A DNA stretch of 63,407 nucleotides, filler included, from Neoconidiobolus thromboides FSU 785 (GCA_025603075.1; 7 parts of 7 records of this genome joined end to end with filler, not necessarily neighbours in it); one strand, 5' to 3'. Counted from the first letter of the whole stretch, positions 11,391 to 24,611 are shown. Translations and numbers: made by a program. Notes: generated by a model not told the origin, from the sequence alone.

Positions 11391-12360
11391 ATAATGGTTG
11401 TTTGTTCTATTTCTTATCTATTTATGTTGTTGGTTTCTTTTATGTTTGTAATATATACTAGTAATCATAGTTAATTTAGCCGCTCTATACATAACTAATT
11501 TAAAATAAAGTAACAGTTTTTCCGTTTTAAATATACTAAGAAAAGAATCTTGGTTTTCCAAACGCTTTCAGAATAAGACTAGTATTTATTTAATACTTAT
11601 ACTCTCATAATCCTATATTTTATTTCTACTAAATGGGGTATCTAAAACCTTTTGTTTTCTAGTTTATATCATCAGCCTTTTAATGTTAATATATTGGGAA
11701 ATTAATTAGATTTATATCATCTATTTTAATTATTTTAATTAAATTTTAAATCTCTTGCTTTAGATTTTTTCTGAAATAATATCATAATTGGATTACTTAA
11801 ATTATTCAATTATTAATTAACTTTTTAAGGTACTTTTCAATAAGCTTTATAAATACTAACATTATTGTAAGCACACAGGCATTTATAATTTGCCAAGGTT
11901 TTAAATTTTTCTATTTTAAGTAATTTAGATATTATTTAAAATAAACATGGTTTTAAAATAGCTCATATGTTTGTATAACTTCACACAATATATATTACAT
12001 TCTAAGTTTTATATTTTAAAAAATCTAAATTTGTTTGAGCAATTATTTTTATTATACGTATATATTATAAACAAAGTTAAGATAAAAAAGCAGCTCAAAA
12101 GGCAATAACATGAAATATCATAGAGTAAATAACTCATTGAAGTTTGTTTCATTATAGAAGATGAAATAGAAATAAGATTTTGAATTTCAAAATTTATGAA
12201 TTATTAATGATCCTATTTTATAATAACGAATCTCATGTCATAGTATAATAGTAATAATATAAGCCATTTGAACGTATTAAACGGTGATAAAAATCTCGTC
12301 TTTAAAAACTTTATAATTACATGGGGAACATAGCCTACTTATAATATATATTTAATATAT

Positions 12361-12457
12361 GGGGGTATTTTTTTGACTTTATTATTTTTTCCATCTTTTA
12401 AGCGCTACTTGGGCGGAAAAATTATTAGCAAAATTCTTAAACACAAAATATATCACC
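12361..12457. mobile_element. MITE family 1 (orientation B)
   Basis: ATAT on both flanks; ends about 85 bp upstream of tRNA-Gly. Confidence 0.9.
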
Positions 12458-12541
12458 ATATACTTAATATTGTAATATTAATTTAAACAATTGTAAAGGC
12501 TCTAGAAAAATTTATATCCAATAAAATACTAATAATTTTAT

Positions 12542-12612
12542 GCAATGTTGGTTTAGTGGTAAAATTGCCGCCTGCCACGCGGCAGCCCCGGGTTCGATTC
12601 CCGGACATTGCA
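12542..12612 (+). tRNA. tRNA-Gly (GCC)
   Basis: Acceptor GCAATGT/ACATTGC, anticodon stem GCCGC/GCGGC with GCC at 12574-12576, T-arm CCGGG TTCGATT CCCGG, T7 terminator at 12638-12644. Confidence 0.97.
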
Positions 12613-13479
12613 ACCTTGTTAGACAGCTATCAAAAGATTTTTTTGCTTGCTTTTTTTTAAGCCTTTGAGTTTTAGCAAAATTCTATCTAAAATTTCATTT
12701 TCAAATGAAGTTAGCCCTCATTATATGGTTGGATTTTAACAGTTGAATTAAAACAAAAATGACAATATTGTGCTTTAATATATGATTTCAAGTATTGCTT
12801 TGGCACTAATATACCTTTTACTCTTGATAGACTAGCTAAATATTATTTGTTTTGAAGAATAGTAAAAGAATTTAAAGTTTTATTTATAAAATATAAGTAC
12901 ATATACGTAATCTATAGTCTAAAAAATGCGAAATTAAAGTTTTAAAAAGACTACAAAGATTAAATGTGTTTATTATAAAAAGTAATTTTTAATAAATTAC
13001 AATCCAAAAATAAAACACATTTAGCTAAATAGTAATTTCAAAAAATAGCTTCATAGCAAATGGGGGAATAAGCAAAAGTTTTGCATACAGATCTTTTAAT
13101 AAACATCCAAAGATTATGTTGTTGGTCATTTTAATGAGCTATTATTTTATTGTACAATCGCTGAATAAAATAGCCAAATCAAACAACTTAGTATGATAGT
13201 TACCAGAGTAAAAATATTGATGCTATTTACGTTGTGTTTTTATAAATTCTAAAAAACTTTTTTAAAGTTTTAACAAATTAGGTTGAGTTAATAGTCAAGG
13301 TTACTTTGATAATGATAATAGCTTAAAAAGTTAACATAAAGGATACTTTGAAAACAATATAAATCCATTTGAACAGTCTTTATTTAAAATGTAATTCAAT
13401 ATAGATGGTTTCAAGAAAATCAGAAAACATTACTAAAGATGCTACTGGCTTTGTAGCATCAACAGCGCCTGTGATGCTA

Positions 13480-13985
13480 TCAACTAATGGAGTCGAACCA
13501 TAAAAAATAATGGTATACATTTGATATCTTTAACCTTTGCAAAAGATTTATTACGCCTATGTAATTTAGCATTGAGCCTAGTCCTTTTTTATAATTGATT
13601 ATATATAGCATAGCCATATACAATAGTACATACTCTAGTAAGCTTATTATTAACAATACCAATGATAATATTTCATATCACTAATACTGACGCTTATGTA
13701 ATTTTGAGTTTGATAAATAAATCTGTTTTATTTTTATGATTCAAGCTAATTAACATGTTGACCTCGAACAAGCAAGGTTTTGTGCCTTTCACCCTTATAA
13801 ATTTCGGGCTTCTTAAATTGGAATTTAAATTTACCATTAAGGATACAAATCTCACCATCTGGATAATAATCAATATTTTTTATCTTGAGAGGCTATTGAC
13901 TTCTATAGTAACTTGGGTTAAAACACTGATAAATTCAGCAGGTAATATAGTAAAGAGTAACGTCATATACACAGGTATACGATAG
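13480..13985 (-). pseudogene. Possible decayed membrane (7TM-like) gene
   Basis: Stop/frameshift-broken segments YRIPVYMTLLFTILPAEFISVL, YYPDGEICIL, TRVCTIVYGYAIYNQL*KRTRLNAKLHRRNKSFAKVKDIKCIPLFFMV: hydrophobic-basic-hydrophobic pattern only. Confidence 0.3.
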
Positions 13986-14138
13986 CTGATAGTTTTTGTT
14001 TAATTGTGTTGGTCCTATTTCGCTTTTAAAATATTAATCAATAATACCATTTTAGTTAGTTTTTTTCTAGCTCTTTCTATTTGACAATTTAGGTATATAT
14101 TGATAGTTTTGTTATTTTTTGATAACTCTATTACATAT

Positions 14139-15268
14139 GGGGATGTCCAAATTGATTTCATTTTCCTATCCAATATTTAAATATTTTAAATTTTAAAAAC
14201 TTTGCTCAAAATCCTGTAAAAATAAATTCTTTACTAAAAAGCAAAGTACTCCAACAGTTTTAAACTATTTTATCATGATTTATATTGTAAGTTGGCAAAA
14301 GTTCTATTAAATTTAATAAAAATTCCTGGATTAACAAGGCTTTTACTAACGTAACCCATCTATTGGTATCAATCAAAGTTGTAATATGTAAATAAATACA
14401 TATTCTTGTAAACCTTCATTGAGAAATATTTATTATTGACTTCTTTATAGCTAATATTGCAGATTTACTATCAACTAAATGAAATTTTAATGTTATAGTT
14501 ACATTGTTAATATATTATTAAGTTAATAAATAGTTGCACAAAAGGAAGCGGTTAGTCTTAAAATTCTAATTAACTATTCTTGTGTAATACAAGCAATATA
14601 ATAGTCTTTATTTATTATAACTATTTACTTTTTAACTATTTATTAACTTAACTATTAATAAATTAAGGACTATTAGTATTTAACAATTGATCTTTATCAT
14701 TTAATAAACTACTTATTTGCTTAGTAAATATTGGAATTTTTAAACTTTCTGTTATTTTTGTAAGATAAGTTAGGGTTGATTTTTTACTTTTTATATTTTG
14801 TATAGACTCTATAGCTTTAATTGGAATTATATCACTTTTTATTTATTTATCAGATACTGGATAATAATATAATTTGTTCTTATGCCTAATAAAATGTAAA
14901 TACTTTTTAATACCTTATGTTTTATTATTATTTTTATATCTTTGTTTTTTTCATACTTAAGAATTACATCTGTTTTCCCATTATAGGCAATTGAGTCATT
15001 AATTCTATTATATTTACAAATGAAAAGCTCAAATTTTGAGATTAATTAATATTTTTTGTTTAATGTTTTAAAACTACTTTTTCGTTATAAAATTTTTTCA
15101 AAACGTCTATCAATTATACTTTTTTTATGATGCTCAGCAAAAAAGTCAAGGTTAATATTTAAACTACTATTTGTAGGCGTTTTTTTGGTTTCATCACTTT
15201 TTCCTTTTTTAAACACTGTTTGAGTGGAAAGGTTATCAGTAAAGCTCTTAAACAAAAAATATATCACC
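14139..15268. mobile_element. Long family 2 element (~1.03 kb) ending in a family 1 MITE (15175-15268)
   Basis: ATAT|GGGGATGTCC start, colinear with 27658-28590 and 30823-31134, TATCACC|ATAT end; no intact ORF. Confidence 0.8.
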
Positions 15269-16267
15269 ATATAATCATATACTACCCTTCAGATTTTACA
15301 GTGACGAAATCTAATCAATAAAAATAAGCTAGACGATATCATAAAAAACCTAAAAATTTGAGGAAACACTATTGTACAGGTAAGGCGTATCAATTTTTTA
15401 GTAGTTTGAGTCTAAATACTTATTAAGATTATAAAAATCTAATGTTGTATTAAAACAAAATACCATATATATCAATTTTTAATGGGTTTACATATTTTTT
15501 CGTTATATTGTATCTATTTTTTAAAGAGGGTTTAGGTCCTTGTCTGATAAGCCACAATTACAGAAGGCGACTGAAGAAAAGGGGAACGATTATACTTCAG
15601 CTCTATATATAGTAAATGAAATTACCAAATTTAGAAAAGGCGACAAATTTCAAGAATTTATACTTAATTTACGCATCGTATATACTTGAAATTTCTCAAG
15701 AATTAGTTTAGAAAAATTCGGAAAAACTATTGGTTGATCATTCCGACCCAATGCAAATTTTATGGGAAAAAAATCGGAATCAAGAAAAGCGGGCAATTTT
15801 CCCTAATTTTACTTAACTTTTGCTTTTAACTTCTCTAATAAATTTGGCCCATCAATTGAGGATATTTGGTGAGTTTATTGGAGCATTCTAAATTAAAGAA
15901 AATGGTCTTCAAGTTCGACTTTTTAGAAGCAAATTACCATTTTTCGTGGTTTAGTTTCAACACATTATTACTGTCACTAATTGATACCTCATAAAATAGG
16001 ATTAGTAATCTCTAGAAATTTACTTTTACTTACTAATTCAAAAGTAGAATAATATATGCTTTGTTTTGCTACTAGTTATCTTAATATTTTTACTTAAAAT
16101 TATATCAAAATAATATCTTACGTCATACAATAAGAAATAAGTGTTGTGTGTGACTTAAATACTAGTAAATGTAATTACTAATTGCCAATAATAGATTTGC
16201 GACTCAATAAGTATAAAAGGCTTAATTTTGACTTCATGTTTTTTTATAAATTCAATTAAAATATACA

Positions 16268-17263
16268 ATGGTCAGCAATACAAAAGTAATTTACAAAGCC
16301 CACCCAAAAGGGCTACCAACTGTCAACAATAACTTTGAGATTATCAAAGAAGAGCTTGATCTCGACAATGTATCATTAGAAAAAGATCAATTATTAGTAC
16401 GTAACTTATATGCTTCTGTGGATCCTTATATGCGTGGTAGAATGCGTCCAAGTGAAGTTGAAAGTTATTTTCAAGGTTTTCAACTTAACAAGCCATTAAA
16501 CGGTGGTATTGTATCTGAGGTAATAACCTCAAAATCTGATAAGTTCAAAAAAGGTGATATTGTAGTTGCTTTCGGAGACTGGTCAGAATATGCTATTGTT
16601 TCAGCAGCTAGAACTAATTTGATCCCCAATGGTCGTGAATCAAAGGTACCACTTACTTATTATTTAGGTATCACTGGTATGCCAGGTGCTACTGCTTATG
16701 TTGGTTTACATACTATTTGTGAACCTATTAAACAAGGTGAAACTATTTTTATCTCAGCTGCTTCTGGAGCTGTAGGTCAAGTGGTTGGACAATATTGTAA
16801 ACAATTAGGATTAAGAGTAGTTGGATCAGCAGGTAGTGACGATAAAGTCGAATATTTATTAAAAGAGTTAAACTTTGATGCTGCTTTCAATTACAAGAAA
16901 TATGATGATTTAGTCCCAGTACTCAAAGAACATTGTCCAAATGGTATTGATATTTATTTTGAAAATGTAGGAGGAAAAACTCTTGAGGCAGTATTAGAAG
17001 TAGCTAATGATAAATGTCATATTCCAGCCTGTGGTATGATCTCTCAATATAATAAAGGAAAAGAAAGTGATGGTATTCATAACTTGACCCAAATTATTGG
17101 CAAAAGAATACGTATCGAAGGATTCATTGTCAATGATAGATTAGATCTCTTCCCTAAAGCTTTTGAAACATTTGGTAAATATTTAGCTGAAGGTAAAATG
17201 AAATATAAAGAGCATCTTACTGAAGGAGTTGAAAATCTTCCAACTGCTTTTATTGATATGCTT
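16268..17263 (+). CDS. NADP-dependent alkenal reductase (PTGR1/LTB4DH-like MDR), 3' end lost in gap
   Basis: YASVDPYMRGRM, LGITGMPGATAY, SAASGAVGQVVGQ, GSAGSDDKV, GIDIYFENVGG, CGMISQYN; intronless. Confidence 0.93.
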
Positions 17264-17363
17264 NNNNNNNNNNNNNNNNNNNNNNNNNNNNNNNNNNNNN
17301 NNNNNNNTTAATTAATTAANNNNNNNNNNNNNNNNNNNNNNNNNNNNNNNNNNNNNNNNNNNN

Positions 17364-17496
17364 ATGAAGTTAGGGATTCTCGTAGTAAACCAAAATAAAA
17401 GGTTCGGGACTGATTGTATCTGAACTCAAGAACACAACAGCTTGGGCGATTGTTATGCTATAATTAACCATAGGACTGAAAAAGCGATATTTCACA
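17364..17496 (+). mobile_element. Family L element, 3' end emerging from a gap
   Basis: Ends GCGATATTTCACA, followed by CCAG. Confidence 0.85.
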
Positions 17497-18636
17497 CCAG
17501 GATAATAATATTAAACATTTTAAAGTTGTATTTTTTAAAAAGTTAATCATAAATTTATTTTGAATAAGTGTGTCTTAAGACTATTTTCCAGACTTAAGCT
17601 TTGAAAAATATCTGCTATTTTAGTTTTTTTTAAATATTCTGAAATCCATATACCTTTTTTAATATTCTGATATTTTACACATATATGTCTGATCATCCAA
17701 CTTGAATATTTAAAAATCAAACAACTTACCAAAAAAATCCTAATAAAACTCTGGATGAGACATATAGATAAAATTTTAAAACTAAAAATTAAAAACACTA
17801 TTTATTTAACAAAGGAGAGTTATTTTTTATTTTGTTCATCTAACAAATCATTAAAGAAAGGAATTACAATAGTAATGGATAAGAGACTAGCACCTAAATC
17901 AACCTTAGCACTATGATATGCTTCGCTAAGTAGCTATACCACAATACCCTAAATCTGCCACTCCGAAGCCTTAGCTAATAACACTTGTCTTTTTGGTTGT
18001 AGACATAGAGATGGCTTTCTATCATGTAGATTTGTGGATTGCCTATACAACAGTTTTTTTGGATTGCGTATGGATCTATCTTCTGAATTGGTCCTCTACT
18101 CAATCCCGGCAATCAGATTTTATTTTCAACTTGATTTGTAGTTTACTATCCGAAGTATCTGATTTCTTTTCATTGTTCTCGGATTTTACAACTTGAATTC
18201 TTTATAGAACTTCTATGATGTAAATTTCGAAGCTATTGACTCTCCACTCTCAGTGTCTACTTTAATATTCCAATAGAAAACTTTATTTTTTAGGTAATAT
18301 AGACATATACTCACGCTTGCGTCTAGATCTAAAAAAGGCGCTAAATAGTCATATAGTCTTTGTCTCTTTCGCGGCGCCTATAGGGCGGGATACAATTTAA
18401 ACTTTTTCTAAATATTGACTTTCTTGAAATAAATCACTGCCTTGTTTTTATTGGCTTAGTATGTTTAAAAAAGCTAACTTTATTTATCTAATTAAATCCA
18501 AATTCTACTTTCAATAGTTCCTAAGAATAAGAATATATAATACCATTTAATAATAAAAACACGGACATCAATGTTGTTTTGCTTAGAAACTCAAATAACA
18601 ATATACTTTGCATAGCGCGAACAAAATGTATGTCAA

Positions 18637-20307
18637 CTAAAGTATAGATGATTTAATTTCTTTAATTAAACCGGCATTTGCTTTGGAATGAATAGAAGCC
18701 AACTGGGAGGCATTTAAAGCATCAAATCTTTTTAAACAGGTTTGGTAAATAGTTTCAACGATAGATTTATCGTCCAAAAGATATTGGTTTCTCAGTAAAA
18801 ATACAATAGGTTGTGAAAAGAATGCATAAACAAATTGTGGTAAGTAAGTTGGATGTATAGCATCAAAAGAAATTATCAGCAGCTTGCAATAAGACACGAT
18901 GTTGACCATAATGGGATAGGTAAGGGAGTTCAAGGGTGTTTTGGAATGATAAAAAAACAAAGAATTGATGAAATATTTAATGAAATTATTACAAACCTGG
19001 ACTAATAATTGAATGTTTTTTATATGTTCTTGACTTTCTGAATCCTTGTGAACTTCATACAAGTACTCCAGTTTAGTTATTGCAAGAGTGTACAACTGTT
19101 CTTGTTTGAGAATAAGCTTATGAGTGATCCCAACTAAATCTTGAAATCGAAGGGAGATAGGCTGGTTTTTGAGTTGATGTAAGCAGTATACCGTATTATT
19201 GAAACCTGCCAAAAAATCCGAGAAGATAAGACTTGAGACAAAGATTAAATCATGATCGTGATAATCAGTAATAATTTGAGTTAAAGTAGCCTTTTTCAAA
19301 GTCAAATAAATTTGTAAATTGCTTGTTGTTAATTTGGCTGGAATTGGAATAAACCCAAAGCTTACAAGGGAGGTGACGCAGCCAATAAACAATAATTGGC
19401 AGTAAGCCAATTGGCGTTGTAATTGAAGTTCCTTACTGACACCTTTAAAACTAAATGGTAATCCAATTAATTTTGCTGTATTTAAACACCAGTGAATAAT
19501 TTTAAACAATAAGTTAGTGACCCATTTAAACTCATGTAGATTATAAATAATGATTAGCAACGCCTGTAAGTTCTGTAGAGTTGGTGCCAAATTAATTAAA
19601 CTATAGCATAATGACTTCAATTCGCTTTCAAAATACTCTACAGTCCTTATACTTGCTGTATCTTTTTTATGTATAATTCCACTGCACCATATTGCTAACT
19701 TCAGTATTTCGCTTTTATTATGTATATCAAAATTTTCTTTTTGAAACAACATACAATATTTTTGATTATTTAAAAAATAAGTTACTGCATCTGATAAAAT
19801 AGTTTCAAATACATTGTAGTTTATGTTTGGCTTTGGTAGTAAACTTAGTTTTGGACGAATTACACCACTTGAAACCATTTCTGAAAATTTAATAATCAAG
19901 TTGGTACTATTGTTATTACTTCTGGCATCGGGGTATTGCAAGATAGTTAAAATATTATGTAAAGCGTAAAAATCTTTTACATTAAATAAACTATTTATTG
20001 GATTATTAATAGTTCTTATTTCTTTAACTATTGCATACCGATTTGTTTTTTTATCTTCCACTTTCTTATCTGTTTGTTTAAACTTAATGATCCCTTTATC
20101 CATAAAATAAAGCTTATTTTTCTTCTTTAGTTCTCGGGTAAACGTACATTTTAAGTTACTTTTGATACATTTTTTACAGCTTGGGAGCGTTCGATCACAT
20201 CCTATGTTTTTTGTAGCACATTGATCACATCGGTTAGACGTCCTTGTTATTTGTAAATTGTCTACCATTTCAAAAGAAAGAAAGATCCTGAGTAGTAAAA
20301 AGTTCAA
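18637..20307 (-). CDS. Zn2Cys6 transcription factor with fungal middle-homology region
   Basis: CDQCATKNIGCDRTLPSCKKCIKSNLKC cluster; TLQNLQALLII motif; intronless; real start may be MVDNL. Confidence 0.9.
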   Translation of the reverse strand: MNFLLLRIFLSFEMVDNLQITRTSNRCDQCATKNIGCDRTLPSCKKCIKSNLKCTFTRELKKKNKLYFMDKGIIKFKQTDKKVEDKKTNRYAIVKEIRTINNPINSLFNVKDFYALHNILTILQYPDARSNNNSTNLIIKFSEMVSSGVIRPKLSLLPKPNINYNVFETILSDAVTYFLNNQKYCMLFQKENFDIHNKSEILKLAIWCSGIIHKKDTASIRTVEYFESELKSLCYSLINLAPTLQNLQALLIIIYNLHEFKWVTNLLFKIIHWCLNTAKLIGLPFSFKGVSKELQLQRQLAYCQLLFIGCVTSLVSFGFIPIPAKLTTSNLQIYLTLKKATLTQIITDYHDHDLIFVSSLIFSDFLAGFNNTVYCLHQLKNQPISLRFQDLVGITHKLILKQEQLYTLAITKLEYLYEVHKDSESQEHIKNIQLLVQVCNNFIKYFINSLFFYHSKTPLNSLTYPIMVNIVSYCKLLIISFDAIHPTYLPQFVYAFFSQPIVFLLRNQYLLDDKSIVETIYQTCLKRFDALNASQLASIHSKANAGLIKEIKSSIL

Positions 20308-21449
20308 TTTAGTTGTTCTTTATACTTCATGTTGAATATGGAATCATTCCATTTTATTGGCTAGTTAACGGAAAAATCAAAATTCAGGAATTTCGTATCT
20401 ATCCTTATTTTTAATAAAGAGCTCCTTAAAATATCATCGTTTTCACACTATAAGCTATATGATTTCAGTTGAAAGATATAAATATTGAATTTGTTTTATA
20501 AAAAAACACAAGTGAGCATCAGGTAGCTGTTTCCAATTAAATTTACTATGGTTTAATTTAAGACAAACCCCTGTATTTATTTTATACTTAGTAGAAAAGA
20601 ATATAATTATTTATATTATAAATAGGAATGCTGTCAAAATTAGAGAGCAGCCTACAGTTTCAAAATAGTGCAATAATGATTCAAAAATAATACTATATAA
20701 ATTTATATATACAATTTTACTTTAAAAATAAAGTTATTTTTAATCTGTTTAATAATTTTGATAATAAATTTAAACTTAATGTAAAAGTACAAAGTTCAAA
20801 ACAATCACGTATTATATTGACCTTTTAAATGATATAATTTAATTAATATAAAATATTTACTTAAACTGAAATTATAAATAGATTGAACATAATATTTAAG
20901 ATAAAACATTATTAACAATATTAATTACAATACCATTAATGTTAATAATCCAACAGTATAGATAAGCCCTTATTATTTTAGAGATGCAAGCTTATTTTTG
21001 CCCCAATGTAGGTTCAATATATATAATTGGCTATCAAAAAAAGTAGAGTAAATTCTTAAAATTTAGCCAGATTAAGTAATATAAAGTTGAAGTCATAAAA
21101 CAAATTCAACAAACTCTATTTTTAGTAAAGTGAGATTGTTTTCATTCATATTATGAGATCGTTTTTTCCTATTTTTTTTGAAAATAAAGTAGTTGATTTA
21201 AACATTTTGCTATCAGGTTACATAATAGATTTTGGTACAGCTACTGGTACTAAAATAATACTGGTTTATCTGACAACGAATTAACTTAAGTGACTTTATA
21301 TAGGTACGTTAATTTACATTATAATTTCTATGGGTTTTAAAAGTTAAATAAAAATAGTTTTAATGAATAAAAAGATTCACTTTTATATTACAACTAATAA
21401 TAGGAGAAAATGGAAGTTTATGAATTATTTCAGCAAACTTTTTATAAGT

Positions 21450-21540
21450 GAGGATTTTTTATTGATTTCATTACTTTTCGATTTTTTAAGCGTTATTTAA
21501 GTGGAAAGATTGTTAGTAGAATTCTTCAAAATACATCCAC
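21450..21540. mobile_element. MITE family 1 (orientation B)
   Basis: Degenerate ends; flanks AAGT / AAAT. Confidence 0.85.
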
Positions 21541-22001
21541 AAATATACAAAAGAGTTAATTTTAAATAAAATTTTAAACATTAAGTTTTTGTTAAAATGA
21601 ACTACTCCTTTAAAGCATCCTCAGTTATAAGAAAATAGACCACTTGAATTTTTTCATCATTCATTTTTAAAATTTCATGTCCTAATTTTTTACTAGGACT
21701 TATTTTAAATATTTTATAAATCAACTTTCAAATTTATTATTGACTATTTTTTATAAATTCAAAGATATATTTGGATTCCTATCCTGAAATATATATATGT
21801 TATAGTTAGTTTATTAAATTTAAATAAAAATATTTGCTATATAGAAATTAAGTTAAAAAACAACTACATAAAGAAATAAATAATATTATACTACCTTTTA
21901 TTAAAAAGCTTCACTTTAAGTTTAATTAGTTAATTAAAAACTTGAATTTATTATTGTTTTATTTTTTAAGTTGTTTTAATTTGTTTTAAACATTTTGACT
22001 A

Positions 22002-22483
22002 TGTGGAATCTGGTACTCAGTGGTTAGAGTCAAAAGCAGTTTTTGGTTGATCAGCTAGTCGTAAGTCGAAAGGTCTTAGTTCATGTAACTAAGATAGACT
22101 TGAATTATGAATAATAACATGTAATAGACTATAGACTATGTAAGACAAATATAATAAATAGTATTACTGTAAAATCTATGNNNNNNNNNNNNNNNNNNNN
22201 NNNNNNNNNNNNNNNNNNNNNNNNNNNNNNNNNNNNNNNNNNNNNNNNNNNNNNNNNNNNNNNNNNNNNNNNNNNNNNNNNNNNNNNNNNNNNNNNNNNN
22301 NNNNNNNNNNNNNNNNNNNNNNNNNNNNNNNNNNNNNNNNNNNNNNNNNNATGAAGTTAGGGATTCTCGTAGTAAACCAAAATAAAAGGTTCGGGACTGA
22401 TTGTATCTGAACTCAAGAATATAACGACTTAAGTGATTGTTATATTATAACCAATCATAGAGCTAACAAAGCAATATTTCACA
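22002..22483 (+). mobile_element. Family L element spanning a 170-N gap
   Basis: TGTGGAATCTGG start, ATATTTCACA end; flanks ACTA / AGTA. Confidence 0.8.
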
Positions 22484-22641
22484 AGTATATTTAAAAGGCT
22501 TTGTGATATTTTAGTTAGTTAAAACAGTTTTAAAAAATTATTGAACTTTTTTATTAGTTTCTTATATTTTTTATTTGCTAATAACCTAAGATTGAATTTA
22601 TTGCTAAAAAGTATTTTACATTTGTAAATAGTTTATAATAT

Positions 22642-22740
22642 GGGTAATGTACTTTTGTGTTTTAAGGATTTTACTAACAATTTCCTCTCAAACAACGCTT
22701 AAAAAACGAAAAAAGTGATAAAATCAAAAAAAACATTCAC
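22642..22740. mobile_element. MITE family 1 (orientation A)
   Basis: ATAT on both flanks. Confidence 0.88.
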
Positions 22741-23084
22741 ATATTAATTTTATAATTTAAGTTATTATTATTATAAAAATTAATTTATTTTTTAAATTAT
22801 TAGATTTTTCAGATTATTTATATTGATATTATTATATTTAAAATGATTAATTTGTTTATTGTTTCTAAAGAGCTGATTATTACAATTTTTTTATAATAAA
22901 GTTTAAAAATGTCATTCTCAGATTTAAATTTAAAATATTAATAGGAATATAATTATATTCAATATAATTGATATAATATTTTTTTACTTTGGTTCTATTT
23001 TTAAACTTTAAAAGTGGAGTTTAAGGGTTTTGATCATTCAAATAATATTATAAATATCATGGTATAGATTTATAAAAAAGCTAG

Positions 23085-23547
23085 TGTGAAATCTGGTACT
23101 CAGGGTTTGGAGTCAAGAACAAATATTGCTGGGTTGACTACACTATAAGTTGAAAGGTCTTAGTTTATGTGACTAAGATACACTTGGATTATAAAGAATA
23201 GCACGTAATAGGTTACAAGCTATATAAGACAAATAGAATAGACAATATTAATGTAAATCTATGTAAAATACTATTAAGAAAACTTAGTGGTTTTATTAAA
23301 TGTTCGAGATATCAGGGAATAATTCAGTTAAAAAGTCTCGAACTACTATACTCTATAAACTCTTTTATACTCTGAAAAGTATAAATATCAAAATGAGAAG
23401 ATAATATTCTTTGGGATGGAGCTAGAAATTCTCATAACAAATCAAAATAAGAATATGGGATTGATTTTCTCTAAACTCGAGAACACAACAGCTTAGGCGA
23501 TTGTTATGCTATAATTAACCATAGGACTGACAAAGCGATATTTCACA
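23085..23547 (+). mobile_element. Family L element, full copy (463 bp)
   Basis: Perfect 8-bp terminal inverted repeat TGTGAAAT/ATTTCACA, CTAG duplicated on both flanks; internal TATAAAT. Confidence 0.92.
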
Positions 23548-23791
23548 CTAGCAATAAAAATAAGCAAGTTTTATTAAAACTAGATGTAAGTTAATAATAA
23601 ACAGTTTTTCATAAAATACAAAGGCATTAATATAATGCTTAATATTTTTGATAAAACTTTTGAGCTTATTTTTGTTATAATTAAAAACAAGCATACAACT
23701 TTTCTTGCTTTTATTTTAACTTTAAAATAAAAATAATCAATAAAAGCACCTTTTAGAGTATTTTGATTAATTGTACTATAGTTTAATAAAG

Positions 23792-23924
23792 TGTGAAATA
23801 TTGCTCTGTTAGCTCTATGATTGGTTATAATATAACAATCACTTAAGTCGTTATATTCTTGAGTTCAGATACAATCAGTCCCGAACCTTTTATTTTGGTT
23901 TACTACGAGAATCCCTAACTTCAT
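23792..23924 (-). mobile_element. Family L element, end running into a gap
   Basis: Reverse complement of 22351-22483 with one difference seen. Confidence 0.85.
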
Positions 23925-24322
23925 NNNNNNNNNNNNNNNNNNNNNNNNNNNNNNNNNNNNNNNNNNNNTTAATTAATTAANNNNNNNNNNNNNNNNNNNN
24001 NNNNNNNNNNNNNNNNNNNNNNNNTTTTATTTGATATGTATATATATTGTTTGATGAGTATTTTACTATCATTATTTTTTTATTGAATCTTGATGAAATA
24101 GTTGGATCATTTAGTAAATATTGTATAATAGTTTCAATTTGGTCATCTTTAATTTTTTTGTATTTTTAATAATAGGTTGTAACGTTGATATTTTATTATT
24201 ATTACTTATTTTTGAATAATCATTTTGATTTCTGTTTATATTAAACCCAAAACTCTTACATTCATCAAAAGAATATACTGAAGCTATAGTTGATAATAAC
24301 TCTACTTGCTGATTTTTATTTT

Positions 24323-24418
24323 TTTTAAATAAAGAGATTTAATTTAGGCTTTTTAATTTTAACTGTCACGTTAAAGAGAGCAGATTTAAAATTTTAAAGT
24401 TTGGATTAACTTCTAAGT
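24323..24418. repeat. ~95-bp dispersed repeat, inverted copy at 28765-28859
   Basis: Reverse complement aligns with ACTTAGAAGTTAATCCAAAC...AGCCTAAATTAAATCTCTTTATTTAAAA. Confidence 0.85.
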
Positions 24419-24611
24419 TCTAAAACCAATTTGGGGGATAATCCCATATAATTATGCCCACCTTGGATTTTATGTAGATTTAAATACTAAATATATAAAG
24501 TAAAAATTATCACCAGAATTTCACAAACCAAACAAACCTCTATAGCCATTATTTATGGATTTCTGGTTTTAACTTTTATTGATTTATATTCATCTGGCAG
24601 TGCAGATGTAC

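Noticed and set aside
15718-15746. TCGGAA-N17-TTCCGA inverted CGG site upstream of the alkenal reductase
   Set aside because: Could be a Zn2Cys6 site but it is a single instance, far upstream, and its spacing fits no motif I can name
17547-18196. Short ORFs at 17547 and 17993 (also 13755, 29505, 32784, 58140, 58300, 58683, 58902)
   Set aside because: No recognisable motifs; lengths expected by chance. 17830-18270 and 32700-33010 look like decayed coding DNA but I cannot assign them
20920-21040. KISLHL*NNRAYLYCWII on the minus strand, faintly hAT-like
   Set aside because: One short degenerate motif with no second supporting motif
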